Source: Octopus vulgaris (taxonomy: Eukaryota). Taken from it: a stretch of DNA of 64,000 nt. The notes below the pieces were generated by a model. The model was not told the DNA's origin, did not search any database, and saw only the letters and a program-made list of their open reading frames with translations. The stretch spans positions 119,846,001 to 119,910,000 of the forward strand of contig OX597818.1 of assembly GCA_951406725.2 (NCBI GenBank), written 5' to 3'. The position numbers and the translations under genes were made by a program. How positions within the stretch are numbered: position 1 is the first letter of the stretch; each line of letters opens with the position of its first letter. Of the stretch, positions 24,553 to 38,359 are shown piece by piece.

Positions 24553-27500
24553 TTTTCGTGGGAAATGTGCCAATCCAGTTTTGCATTTTCATACGAATTA
24601 CACCAGATATTTTTGCCTAATCTTCCATACTCCAACGAAATCAACAATTTCGAGAGAGCGACTGCCAAACAGTATTTGACTGAAGACACAGACTTGAATA
24701 GTTTTAATGCAAAATAAAGAATTAAAACGAAGCCTCAGAAAATCAAGTGTTGAATATGTAATCGCCATTAAAGGGAGTGTACTCTGTTCATAGAGTTATT
24801 TCCCTTTGACCACTTTGTAATGATATTGAATGGCGTGTAGTTTTCTGAGGACAAAAATTTATTTCAACTGGTTTCCGCGTTTGGATATTGAGGATTTGTG
24901 TTTCTTTTATTTGTTTTAAACATTATAGGTTCAATCGAGTGTTGCGTCTCTTCAGCATAAAAGCTATAGTTTTTTTGTATTTCAATCAAGCAAAAAAAGA
25001 GTGTTTTGCCATAGTAAAGGAAACGGAAAAATAATGAAATTAAAGTTATTCTTCTACGATTTTTGTAATTCTACAAATTGATTACAAAAAAAAAAAAAAC
25101 AGGAGACAAGGAATGAAGAAAATCGTTAATTTCTAAAATATTCATTATCCTCCATCATGTTTTTTTGTAATACTTGAAACCTGTGTGTGGAAGGGCTTCC
25201 AAACTTTTCTTAAAATTTCAATTACTCTCTTTTATTTATTTCAGCTATTTGACTGCGGCCATGCTGGAGCACCGCCTTTAGTCGAGCAAATCGACCCCAG
25301 GACTTATTCTTTGTAAGCCTAGTACTTATTCTATCAGTCTCTTTTGCCGAACCGCTAGATTACGGGGTCATAAACACACCAGCATTGGTTGTCAAACGAT
25401 GTTGGAAGGACAAACACAGACACACACAAATACATACACACATATATATATGCATATATATATATGCATATATACGACGGGCTTCTTTCAGTTTCCGTCA
25501 ACCAAATCCACTCACAGGGCTTTGGTCGGCCCGAGGCTATAGTAGAAGACACTTGCCCAAGTTGCCACGCAGTAGAACTGAACCCGGAACCATGTGGTTG
25601 GTAAGCAAACTTCTTACCACACAGCCACTCCTGAATTGGTAAACATAAACTAAAAGAAACCTCAGTGTGTGTGTGTGTGTGTGTGTGCGTGTGTGTGTGA
25701 GTGCGTGTGTGTGTGTGTGTGAGTGCGTGTGTATGTGTGAGTGCGTGTGTGTGTGTGTGTGTGCATGCATGTGTGATATGTGTGCATGTTAGTGTCTTCT
25801 TGTTGCGACATTGTGAAATACTTGTAGATTAGTGAAGCACAGCCATGGAGAAATATTCACCAAGCTTGGAAACTGGTGAAGGTTGAAAGACGTCAGGCCA
25901 TAAAAAATCTGCCTCAATGAGTTCCACCCAAAGACCCGTGCATTAAAATACAGACATTAAAACAATGATGATTGTGGTCATGGTCATGAGGAAATATGTT
26001 TCGCTTTTTTTTCTGGCCAATTTGTAAAATTACGAAAATATTGAAATAAAACACAAGATCCAAAGTCAGATCCAATGTAATTAATTAACAAGCGCATCGT
26101 TGTCTAATAGTGCTAGCTTAAAATCTGTCCAAAAATTCGGCCACAAAAAGATGAGTTATCTAAATGCCACATGTCCAATAAAGACAAAAGGTATCGTTAC
26201 CTTTTGACCGACAGATTTAAAAAATAATTTTTTGTAACTAAACACTTTCAAACTTAGTATACTTTACTCTTGGCGTTATTGAGAAAATTCTGTATTTTGA
26301 AAGTGATTTTTTGTTAAAGTTGTCGTATTTCGGTAATTTCAACCAATCAATGACGTGTATTCAGCTGAATAAAATTACTGCTGTTGTTTGTCAACAACAA
26401 CTTCCGGCGGTGTATTTTTCCGGCGGTGTCACTCTTATTTATGACTTATTTCATCTCAGTTATGTTTGTATGAATAAACGAGTGAATCTGAAGCATGTTT
26501 ACTTCATGGCACCACCACAATCGTGCTTCATTTTTCATTTTTTTCTGTAACTCTAACCCTAACCCTAAAACATTAGCCCTAACCCTAAAACCAGTACAAA
26601 CGCACGATGTCATAAATAACAGTGACAAGCGAATGACAACGATGATGATGATGATGAATAAGATCAGACACAAATACCACTCCCCATTTGTTGCATTTTC
26701 ATGTTCTCTTTGCAATGAATATTGTTCTCTTCTGACTCCATGAGTTGCTAAGGCTGATTCTCTTAGCTATCTCCTCTTCCAAGGTACTCCCAGACAGTGA
26801 AGGCTTATGCTCAGAATTGTCCTTCTCTTACCACAACCATCATCATCATCATTTCAATGCCTACATTTCCATGCTCGCATGGATCAGATAGAATTCCTTG
26901 AGGCAGATTTTCTATAGCCAGATGCCCTTCCTGTCACCAACCCATACTTGTTTCCAAGCAAAGTAATATTTCTCCATGACCAATTGTTTTTCACAGAAGA
27001 TTTAAGGTGGCAGGCTGGCAGAAATGTTAGCATGCCAGGCAAAATGCTTAGTGGTATTTCATCTGCAGTTATGTTCTGAGTTCAAATTCCTTTCATCCTT
27101 TTGGGATCGATAAATTAAGTACCAGTTACGCACTGGGGTCGATATAATCGACTTAATCCATTTGTCTGTCCTTGTTTGTCCCCTCTATATTTAGCCCCTT
27201 GTGGGCAATAAAGAAATAAGAAACGTTAGCACGCTGGGTGAAATGCTTAGCGGTATTTCATCTGCTGTTACGTTCTGAGTACAAATTCCACCGAGGTCGA
27301 CTTTATCTTTCATCCTTTCGGGGTCGATAAATTAAGTACCAGTTACAGACTGCAGTCAATGTAATCGACTTAATCCCTTTTTCTGTCCTTCTTTGTCCCC
27401 TCTGTGTTTAGCCCCTTGTGGGCAATAAAGAAATAAGAAGATTGGCAATGTGTAACGGGTGCGTTTTTTTCATGGCATCAGCATTTGTGAGGTAACCAAG

Positions 27501-27892
27501 TAACTCACAAGAGAAAAACTTCTTGATGAGAGAAGCGGCTCTTTGCATCAGGTGTTGAGAAGCAAAAGTACCAACCACCCTACAGAGTATACTGGGTGCT
27601 TTTTTTTCATGGTAGCAGCATGAGTGAGGTCACCGGGTATCCTCACAAGACAAAGACCTCTCAATAAGGACAGTGGCACTTTGTGTCAATGTTGAGAAGT
27701 TAAGATATAGCAGAGAGAAACGATCAGATATCTTGCTGCGGAGGAGATACCTCAGCTGGAAACTGAGAAAGATGATAATGATGAAGCATCAGGGTATATC
27801 AAGATAGAAGAAGATGAATATAAGAGGGAGCAGAGTCAAAGGACTGATGTGACTAAAATGCCTCAACCGAAAGCCTCGTTAAGATAACTTAC

Positions 27893-27991
27893 CTGTTTTT
27901 ACTGACTTGAATAAAACTCTCCACTTCAGGGAATGACATCTTACTTCTGATAAAGAGGGCCTGCAGTTGATCATGTCCATCTGGATATTTC
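27893..27991 (-). CDS. FLAD1: FAD synthase exon I
   Basis: atcccAG..GTaag, phase 2->2. (K)KYPDGHDQLQALFIRSKMSFPEVESFIQVSKN carries the FPEVExF motif. Confidence 0.94.
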
Positions 27992-28046
27992 CTGGGATCA
28001 GAATTTCAAACAGATAATTAGTCAAGATGCCTTATGCTTGTTTATC

Positions 28047-28084
<38 letters not shown>

Positions 28085-28086
28085 TG

Positions 28087-28125
<39 letters not shown>

Positions 28126-28220
28126 CTCGCCACTTGTCTCGACACAGTGTGATTGTTGTAAATGAGTGTCAATGTCATACAGTAACGATGGTTTAGAGAA
28201 CATATGGCCAAGATACTCAC

Positions 28221-28301
28221 TTTTGAACAACTGCATAGACTAGATGCAACAAGGCAGTACAGTCCTTGCCACCATTGAAGCCCACGGCAATTTCGGGTAT
28301 C
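28221..28301 (-). CDS. FLAD1: FAD synthase exon H (PP-loop)
   Basis: tgacAG..GTgag, phase 2->2. (T)IPEIAVGFNGGKDCTALLHLVYAVVQ contains the FNGGKDC PP-loop. Confidence 0.97.
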
Positions 28302-29662
28302 CTGTCAATGAAAGAATTTAAAGCAACATGTATATTAGTAATAATCCTTTCTTTTACAGGCACAAAGCCTAGGATTTTGTCAAGGGAAAGGGCTAGTCAA
28401 TTACATTGACCCAAGTGGTCAACTGGTGTTTATTTCATCGACCTTGAAAGGATAAAAGGCAAGGCCGACCTCAGCAGAATTTGAACTCAGAACATAACGA
28501 AATACTGCTACACATTTTGTATGGCATGTTAACAATTCTGCCAGCTTGCCACCTTGTGTATTAGTAAGCATCATCATCACTATCATCAACGTGACCACCA
28601 CCAGTGCTACTGCTGCCACCACTGCCACCGCTACTACCACCGCCACCATCATCATTGTTTAGCATCCGTTTTCTGTGCTGGCATGGATTAGACGGTTCAA
28701 CTGGAACTGGTAAGATGGAGAGCTGCTACAGGCTCCAGTGTCTGTTTTGGCTTGGTTTCTATGACTGGAAGCTCTTCCTGATGCCAACTACTCCACAGAC
28801 TGTGCCGAGTGCCTTTTACATGTCACCAGATGCCTTCAATGAGCCACCGGCACTGGTGCCCGTTACAGGTCACTGGCCTTTGACATGTCACACTGGTGCC
28901 TGTTACTTGTCACTGGCATGGCTGCCTGTTACGTGTCACCATCACTGACCACAAATACGATTTCATTTGGCTTGAGGTGTCTTCTCAATCACAGCAAATT
29001 GCCAACAGTTTCAGTCATTTGTCATCACCTCCAGCACAAGGCCACCAGTTTTCAGAAGAGGAGAATTAAATCGATTACATCAACCCCAGTATTCAACTGG
29101 TACTTATTTTATCAGCCCTGAAGGGATAAAGGGCCAAACTGACCTAGGTGGAATTTGAACTCAGACCATGAAGGCCGATGAAATGCCACTAAGCATTTTG
29201 TCTGGTGTGCTAACAATTCTGCCAGCTCACTGCCTTGTGTATTAATAACAATTTCAAATTTGGGCACAATGTCAACAATTTCGGAGGGGAGGGGTAAGTC
29301 GATTACATTGACCCCAGTGATTCACTTGAGCCCGAAAGGATGAAAGGCAAAGTCGACCTCGGTGGAGTTTGAACCCAGAACGTAAAGGCAGACGAAATTC
29401 CACGGAGCATTTGTTCTACCAGCTCACCACCTTACCTTGTGTATTAATAATCCTTGTGTATTAATAACTCACACCTAAATAATACTCACCCTGCCCTAAT
29501 TACCCAACGAAACTAACCAATCTACCACAAGCAAACCTCTACCCAGCAAATTTGCCAGTGCAAGAACAAAATTTAATGTAAGAATTACCACTTTTGTTTA
29601 CATTACCATCACATATGTATCAATTATTTTCGCATCCTAACCGATGTATCTATTTATATTCA

Positions 29663-29711
29663 CATTCTGAAGAGATTTACTTAAAACAGTAAATTGAAAC
29701 GATCGTAAATG
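29663..29711 (+). ncRNA. Type I hammerhead ribozyme motif, intact
   Basis: CATT-CTGAAGA-GATTTACT-taaaac-AGTAAATT-GAAA-CGATCG-TA-AATG. Confidence 0.88.
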
Positions 29712-31780
29712 CTACCTTCATCTTTGCTTCTTCCTTCTTTGCTATCTAATTAATTAAAGACATACCAGCAAAAACCACAAGCTTCCCAATGTTATTATAT
29801 CCATTTTCTTCTCCTATGTAACCTAAACTTCGGTTTACCAACCAAACCACCTGCTACTGTACAACCTTACAAAAGACTGTACCTACCCAGGTAATAACCA
29901 GGAGCGACTCTGGATTTAATTATACCTTAGAGGTATTAAACACCTCTAACTGATACCTACACCATATATATATATATATATATATGAATGGAAATCGATC
30001 AATGGAAATTGCAGATGTGTTACCAGTGCCGGTGGCATGTCGAAACTCTACTTGTGAAGACCCGTTGAGGCAAGTGAGGATCAGAATGGAAATCGATCAA
30101 TGGAAATTGCAGATGTGTTACCAGTGCCGGTGGCATGTAAGAGAACCTTCCGTTTCGCGACCGTTGCCAGCACCGCCCCGTTTCGTGTCCGTTGCCAACC
30201 TCGCCTGGCCCTTGTGCCGGTGGCACATAGAAAGCACCATCCGTTCGTGGCCGTTTGCCAGCTCCGTCTGGCACCTGTGCGGGTGGCACGTAAAAAGCAC
30301 CCACTACACTCACGGAGTGGTTGGCGTTAGGAAGGGCATCCAGCCGTAGAAACACTGCCAGATTTGACTGGGCCTGATGAAGCCTTCTGGCTTCACAGAC
30401 CCCAGTAGAACCGTCCAACCCATGCTAGCATGGAAAACAGACGCTAAACGACGATGATGATGATGATACACTCTTGGAGTGATTGGCGTTAGGAAAGGCA
30501 TCCATCTGTAGAAACTCTGCCAGATCAGATTGGAGTCTGGTGCAGCCATGTAGTTCGCCAGACTTCAGTCAACTCGTCCAACACATGTCAGCATGGAAAG
30601 CGGACATTAAACGATGATGACGATGATGATATATATATATATATATACACACACACATATATATAATTGTGATCATGTGTGTATGTGAGTGTGTAGGTGT
30701 GTTTGTGTTATTGTCGCCTGGAATTGACATTGTGTGGTCGTTGTAAGCAAGTGCCACTATCACACAAAAAGTGTCCTTCGTTTCCTATATTCTACAACAT
30801 GGGAAACATTACTTTCTATGGAAACAAGTGAAGGCTGGCAACAGGAAGGGCATCCATCCATTGAAAATGTGCTCAAACAAATTCCATTCCAACCCATGCC
30901 AGCATGGAAAAGTGGACGGTAAAACAATGATGATAATGATGACAAGGGTAATAATGATGACTAGAGATATATAACGTAAGCAATTTAATACAAAATATCC
31001 AAGTCATAATTAAGGAGTGGTATTAAACTTGAGTGCAAATAAGGAGAGATAAGAGATCAAGATATGTGTATACTATTACAGATGTTCAGGTATAAAAAGT
31101 GTGTCATATGATATGTTTAGATTACGTAGTCCCAGATAACCCTGAAATACAAGGACAGAGATGAATGGAATACTGGTGATCATATGTCAGTTTGATCAAG
31201 GCTGACTAACATACGTCATCATCATCATCGTTTAACGTCCGCTTTCCATGCTAGTATGGGTTGGACGATTTGACTGAGGACAAAGGCGGCGAGCTGGTAG
31301 AAACGTTAGCACACCGGGCGAAATGCATTGTGGTACTTCGTCCGCCACTGCGTTCTGAGTTCAAATTCTGCCGAGGTCGACTTTGCCTTTCATCCTTTCG
31401 GGGTCGATAAATTAAGTACCAGTTACGCACTGGTGTCGATGTAATCGACTTAATCCCTTTGTCTGTCCTTGTTTGTCCTCTCAGTGTTTAGCCCCTTGTG
31501 GGTAGTAAAGAAATAGATTTGACTGAGGACTGGCCAGGCTCGCCTCACTGGCTCCTGTGCCAGTGGCACGTAAAAAGCACCCACTACACACTCGGAGTGG
31601 TTGGCGTTAGGAAGAGCATCCAGTTGTAGAAACCCTGCAAGATTAGATTGGAGCCTGGTGCAGCCGCTGGTTCTCCAGACCTCAGTCAAACCGTCCAACC
31701 CATGCCAGCATGGAAAACGGACGTTAATCGATGATGATGATGATTGTACTGGAATGCATAAAGTAGCTCAAATAACTCAC

Positions 31781-31925
31781 GTGTATTGTTCAAGACATAA
31801 TTCTATAGTGGTGACGGCCTCTCTGATTCTTTGGTGAAATTCTGAGGATTCTTCTGAGTCCACAATGGCATAGAGATTGTTCATAGCATGCATTATAGGA
31901 TCCTTTTCATAAAGAACGATGCTAG
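31781..31925 (-). CDS. FLAD1: FAD synthase exon G (linker into FADS domain)
   Basis: ctttgtAG..GTgag, phase 1->2. (A)SIVLYEKDPIMHAMNNLYAIVDSEESSEFHQRIREAVTTIELCLEQY. Confidence 0.92.
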
Positions 31926-32429
31926 CTACAAAGAGAAAAATTATATAAAAATAAGGAATAATAAAGAAAACAGGTGTAATATTAAATGATGGTTGGTAGT
32001 TTATTTTCCAGCATACAAGTCGACTTAGTATATAGAGTAAACACAGCACTGGATAAACCATTAGCAAAATAAGCATGTGCTTAGAGCATCAAGGGAAGGA
32101 GGAGGGCACCACAGAAATGGTAAGTGGTCTACGGCACAAAAGAAATCATTTTAAACTTGCTAAAATAATATTCAGGATGCCTTTATCTCTACTAAGTACA
32201 GATGCAGATGTGTTACCTGAGATTTATTTTGAGGATCTGATCAAAGACTCTGCAATTCAAAAAAGTAGGAGGAAACTTTTAAAATATAAATAAAATGGAA
32301 GTAGGCAAAAATAAACATTATTTTCCCCTCTTACTGTTTTGTCTCACTTTGAAAAATAAAAATTTATTTTATGATTTGTTATTCTTTATATTTTGAATTA
32401 CATAGCATTTTATGGGGGGGCACCAAAAT

Positions 32430-32930
32430 TATACAATTATAAAAGGTTGCTCCAAGGCACTGACCTCCTGGAAACTGTTCAGGGACATGCAACCAAGCAA
32501 ATACCCACCATACTCTGAACACCTTGCTTCCTTGGGCATAGATACAATGAAGCTTTGATGTCTGGCAACTGACTTGGTAAATACCCACAAAATTATTAAC
32601 CTTTTTGAGCTCCATGTGTCTAACACATGTGGGCATGTCTACAAAGTCAGAAAACAACACAGCTCCCATGACTTTCAGAAACATTTTTTTCACACTCAGA
32701 GTTGCTGAAGCATGGAACAAACTACCTGCATCAGTTGTTAGTTGCTGAGACATTGCATCCTTTAAAACCTCCATGCTTCCTGAAATTCACCAAAATTACA
32801 CCTGTTATCTTCCCCTCCATACACATGTACACATGTATATCATGACTCATACACTGTTCACTTTCCAGACTTTTGTACATAATTCTATGAGCTATATTTG
32901 CACCTTTGGTGAGTTATAGTGCACCTGAGC
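32430..32930 (+). mobile_element. CR1-type LINE 3' remnant
   Basis: LETVQGHATK..GHVYKVRKQH..FFTLRVAEAWNKLPASVV, a CR1 C-terminal signature, with stops. Confidence 0.75.
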
Positions 32931-33547
32931 ACTCTTTTACTCTTTTTACTCTTTCATTTATTTCAGTCATTTGACTGTGGCCATGCTGGAGCACCACCTT
33001 TAGTCGAACAAATCAATTCCAGGACTTGTTCTTTGTCAGCATCATACTTATTCTTTCAGACACTTTTGCCGAACCGTGAAGTTACAGGGATGTAAACAAA
33101 CTAGCATTGATTGTCAAGTGATGTTGGAGGGGGGGGGCAAACACGGACACACAAACATACACACACACATCTAGATATATATACATCGGGTTTCTTTCAC
33201 AAGGTTTCGATCGTCCCGAGGCTATAGTAGAAGACACTTCCCCAAGGTGCCACCAGTGGAACTGAACCTGGTACCATGTGGTTAGTAAACAAGTTACTTA
33301 ACACACAGCCACTCCCGCACCTATCTATTACTCTTTACTCTTTTACTTGTATCAGTCATTTGACTGCGGCCATGCTGGAGCACTGCGTTTATAGTCAAGC
33401 AAATCAACCTCAGAGCTTATTCTTTGTAAGCCCAGTACTTATTCTATCGGTCTCTTTTGCCGAACAGCTAAGTTGCGGGGACATAAACACACCAGCATCG
33501 GTTGTCAAGCGATGTTGGGGGGAACAAACACAGATACACAAATATAT

Positions 33548-33578
<31 letters not shown>

Positions 33579-34336
33579 CATATATACATATATGATGGGC
33601 TTCTTTCAGTTTCCATCTACCAAATCCACTCACAAGGCTTTGGTCGGCCCGAGGCTATAGTAGAAGACACTTGCCCAAGGTGCCACACAGTGGGACTGAA
33701 CCTGCAACCATGTGGTTGGTAAGCAAGCTACTTACCACACAGCCACTCCTGCACCTATCTATACACAATAAAAAAAAAAAATTTTTTTAATAAAAAAAAT
33801 TAAAATAAAAAAATTAAAATAAAAAAATAATTTCATCTCTATTATTTTTATGTAATAAAAAATATAAAATGAAGACAGCAAAAAGAATAAAACAAATCTG
33901 ACTGACCCAAATAATCTGCACAAAAGGCAAAAACATTTAATCCCTATAGATCCAAGAGTGAAATTTTCATTGTAATAATTTGTGGGACAAAGAATGAGTA
34001 GATAGCCTTCTATGCTGGTGACAATTAATTAAGCCCACTTAAAAACCGGGTTACAAAATGATAAAAGTTTTATATATTTGTATAAGTTCAAGGTTAAACT
34101 ATGTAGAGAATATATATTGAAAATAACAGCATTGTGTGTCTTGTATACATGTGGGGAAGGCATAGAAGTTCATTTGTATAGAAGACTGTATATATGTATA
34201 TTGTGTGTGTGTGTGTGTGTGTGTCGGTGGGTTGGTGTGTTTGTGTGAATGTATTATATGCGTGTGTATACATATGCATATACACACACATACATTCATT
34301 CACACACTTCAATTCAAACAAACAGCCATGCAAAAT

Positions 34337-34368
<32 letters not shown>

Positions 34369-34411
34369 CATATATATATATATAGATAGATAGATAGATA
34401 TACATACATAC

Positions 34412-34458
<47 letters not shown>

Positions 34459-34461
34459 TAC

Positions 34462-34515
<54 letters not shown>

Positions 34516-34639
34516 TGAACCACAAAAGAAACGTCGCGTACATACTAAATAGAAACTGGTTTATTAACCGACTGCCGTACCATTGATCGAAGATTACTAA
34601 TTAAGAAATTGCTCTTTCTTAATGACAAAACATCATTTC

Positions 34640-35800
34640 CTGAAACATATTTGACATCACATGATGTCACGTGATGACGGAGTGTCCGGGATTCAAAGAA
34701 ATGAATTCAATATCTTATGTGACCACTGTTAGCATTGATTACTGCCCGGCATTTTATGTACATTGAATGCACCAAACGACTGATGAAGGCCATGGGGATA
34801 GCAGCCCACACTCTGTTAAAACTTGCAGTGAGTTGTCCCGCAGTTGTCAGCCTTGGACGGATGTCATGTAGCCTTCTTTGTTATTTCATCCCACAGGTGC
34901 TCTACAGTGTCCAAGTCTGGACTTAGGGCAGGTCATGACAGTCTGGACGTTGTGCTGTTGGAGGACGTCTGTTATCAATCTGGTAATATGAGCACAGGCA
35001 TTGTCATGTTGGAACACATGATTCTGATGACGGGCAAAGTATTGCATAATGTGAGGCTTTAACAACTGGTTGATGTAACAAGCTGTGGTTACTCCATTGC
35101 CCCGGCCTTAGCCGATGTTTTGGAAGACCACCGGTCCAAGTTTCTGGCTCAGTGTGATCCCACCCCATACCATGATGTTCTGTCCTTCCCACAAGTCTCT
35201 CTCCACCAAACAGCCATCGGCATGACATTCACCCCTTCTTCTCCAAACCCTAGCTCTGCTATCTCCTTCAGAAATGCAATATCAGCTTTCATCAGAGAAG
35301 GCTACAGTCCTCCATTGCCGATATCACCAGTTCTGACGTTTTTGAGCCCACTGCAGACGTGCCCCTTGATGACGATCTGTGTGGATGGGGCTCCTAGCCA
35401 GACATCAACAAGACAGGTTGAAAAAACTCAGCCGGCAGCAAACTGTCTCTGTACAAACAGGTCTATGGTGATTCCCTATGGTCTGCCTAGCTGATTCTGT
35501 TGCCCTCTGGAATTCCTCCTGAAAGTGCTGTCTGTGCAGGTGGCAATCTTGACGTGCCGTTGTAACTCTTGGTCGCCTACTGCGTGGACGATCATCCATG
35601 CTGTTTGTAGCATTGTATCATTCCCTCAGCCACTCAACTGTCCGAATGCTGTAGTTCAGGTCATTAGCAATGACCTATGGACACTGACCAGTATGGAGAC
35701 ATCCGATGGCTTGCTTCCTCTGATTTCGTGTAACTCTGGCATGCTTGCTGTGTTCGGGAAAAGAATGACAGACTGAGTGCCTTTTATACCCAATGAATCA
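34640..35800 (-). mobile_element. Tc1-like transposase remnant
   Basis: Minus-strand fragments DRPRSRRPRVTTARQD, an IMVWGGI-like segment and PALSPDLDTVEHLWDEI. Frameshifts and stops present; boundaries approximate. Confidence 0.8.
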
Positions 35801-36057
35801 ACATTTTGACCCTGCATCAGGCTTTTCATAGAGATGCGTTCACCATTTTCATGAAAAGTGAGCGGGTTCGAACCCTACATGCAATCCTTGTGTTTTCAAA
35901 AGAGAGTAGTGTTGTGGGTCAGTGATATCTTCCAGGTGTCAAACTACATAGAAATATGATAAAATCTATATAATCTCAATATCGTGTGTGAAACAAATAA
36001 TCTTTTTCCTTCCCTAAAAATTGTTGCCTTTGGGGCAAAATTTGAAACCATTATTAT

Positions 36058-36088
<31 letters not shown>

Positions 36089-36181
36089 GGTGGTGGTGGT
36101 GGTGGTGGTGGTGGTGGTGGTAGTAGTAGTAGTAGTAGTGGTGGAAGTAGTAGTAGTAGTGGCGGCAGCAGCAGTAGTAGT
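36058..36181. repeat. (TAG)n/(GGT)n trinucleotide microsatellite
   Basis: Read directly. Source of the poly-S/G/V pseudo-ORFs. Confidence 0.9.
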
Positions 36182-36277
36182 ATTCAGTATAGTGTTACTG
36201 TGGGCCTCTGTAACATTAATTCAAGCTATATTACCATCATAGTCTTCGTTAGTCTTTTAAGAACATTTTTCGCTTAC

Positions 36278-36366
36278 CTGCAGGGAGATTGTCAGTTAAA
36301 TGGTGGATGGCATTTTTCAGTTCATCTTCATTTTCAGCTTGAAGGGTCAGTTTGACTTTATAATAA
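36278..36366 (-). CDS. FLAD1: FAD synthase exon F
   Basis: ttttcAG..GTaag, phase 2->1. (S)YYKVKLTLQAENEDELKNAIHHLTDNLPA matches the YYxVKLTL segment. Confidence 0.92.
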
Positions 36367-36490
36367 CTGAAAAGTAAGGATTAAATTCTTAAATGTGATT
36401 TTGCTGTAACGAACTGGAACGACTTTTATTCTAATTAACTTGGTATTAACTTTGCACCTGCTACCACCCTGTGAATGTGCATGTGTGTGT

Positions 36491-36546
<56 letters not shown>

Positions 36547-37796
36547 GCATAGGAGTGGCTGTGTGGTAAGTAGCTTGCTTACGAACCACATGGCTCCAGG
36601 TTCGATCCTACTGCGTAGCACTTTGGGTAAGTGTCTTCTACTATAGCCTCAGGCCAACCAAAGCCTTGTGAGTGGATTTGGTAGATGGAAACTGAAAGAA
36701 GCCTGTCGTGTGTGTGTGTGTTTGTGTGTGTGTATATGTTTGTGTGTCTGTGTTTGTCCCCACCAACTTCACTTGACAACCGATGCTGGTGTGTTTACGT
36801 CCCCATAACTTAGCGGTTCAGCAAAAGTGACCGATAGAATAAGTACTAATCTTACAAAGAATAAATCCTGAGGTCAATTTGTTTGACTAAAGGTGGTGCT
36901 CCAGCATGGCCGCAGTCAAATGACTGAAACAAATAAAAGAGTAAAAGAGAGTAAAGAGTATATATATATATATGGCTGGATGCCCTTCCTAACACTATTT
37001 TGAATTGTGAGCAATGCCTGTTTGAAATTTTAGGTCCAATAATGCTGGAACAGTGACTCACAGACCCTCTTCACTTTACAACATAATCCAGAGACAAACC
37101 GAGACAGGATATCCTGTGCCAATTTGGGTCGCAGGCTCAGGAATGTGAGACCAATATGATCTCAAGTGCAAGTAAATGATTTTCAAAATATTCAATGTCA
37201 TTCCCTACATATCTAGGTTTATATCAGAGTGGCCTACATACATAATATATACATACATAACACCTACGCATATAATGCATACATAATACACATACACACA
37301 CACACATTCATTCATTCATTCGTGTTTAACATTCATCTTCCACACTAGCATGCCCTGGATGGTTTGACAGGGTCTGACAAACCAGTGGACTACATGAAGC
37401 TCCAATTTCAGCTCTGGCATGGTTTCTGCGGCTAGAAACCCTTCCTAACACCAACCACATCACAGAATGTACCAGGTGCTTTTTTTTTCATCACACCTGA
37501 ACTTACAAGGTCACCAGGTAACTCACAAGACCAAGAAAAATACTACGTCGTCATTCAACTGAGCAGGGGTGTAGTACTGAGGTGATAATCATGAGCAGGG
37601 GTGTCGGTGAGTCTGGTAAATGTGACGTTCTGTAACAGTGGAGGTGGGAGAGATTATAGGTCAGAAGGTGATGAGATAAGGGGAAAAAAGGAGGCGCTTA
37701 AAACAAAAACTGATAAACTGTAAGATAATAGAGAAAAACTAAAAACTAATACAAATATAATATGTATATATATATATATATAAGATATATTTACAT

Positions 37797-37833
<37 letters not shown>

Positions 37834-38321
37834 GTTAAGGAAAGAAAGTAATCAGAATTTTGGATATCTATTTATTTAATGCTTTCGTCTTCACTTCAGA
37901 GATTCATCATTTATAGACTTTGCAGGTTGTGTTTTTTTTTTTTTAACAGACGCAGGAGTGGCTGTGTGGTAAGTAGCTTGCTTATGAACTACATGGTTTC
38001 GGGTTCAGTCCCACTGCGTGGCACCTTGGGCAAGTGTCTTCTACTATAGCCTCAGGCTGACCAAAGCCTTGTGAGTGAATTTGGTAGACGGGAACTGAAA
38101 GAAGCTCATCGTGTATATCGGGCATGGCTGTGTGGTTAGGGAGCTTGCTTCCTAGCTACATGGTTTCGGGTTCAGTCCCACTGCGTGGCACTTTGGGTAG
38201 GTGTCTTCTGCTATAGCCCCGAGCCGACCGAAGCTTTGTGATTGAATTCGGCAGGCAGAAGTTACTGCCGTGTGTGTACATGTACGTGTAGGTGCTTGTG
38301 CCTCTCCCAAAGAGAGAGAAG

Positions 38322-38359
<38 letters not shown>

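Noticed and set aside
26553-26592. Telomere-like (CTAACC)n motifs
   Set aside because: Only a few degenerate units inside an interspersed repeat-like segment; not a telomere.
35984-36355. Gly/Ser-rich 123-aa ORF
   Set aside because: It is a trinucleotide microsatellite overlapping the antisense of FLAD1 exon F.
37850-37915. Further hammerhead-like remnants (also ~6700-6755, ~7945-7980, ~41570-41595)
   Set aside because: Core or stems are too damaged or truncated to support a call.
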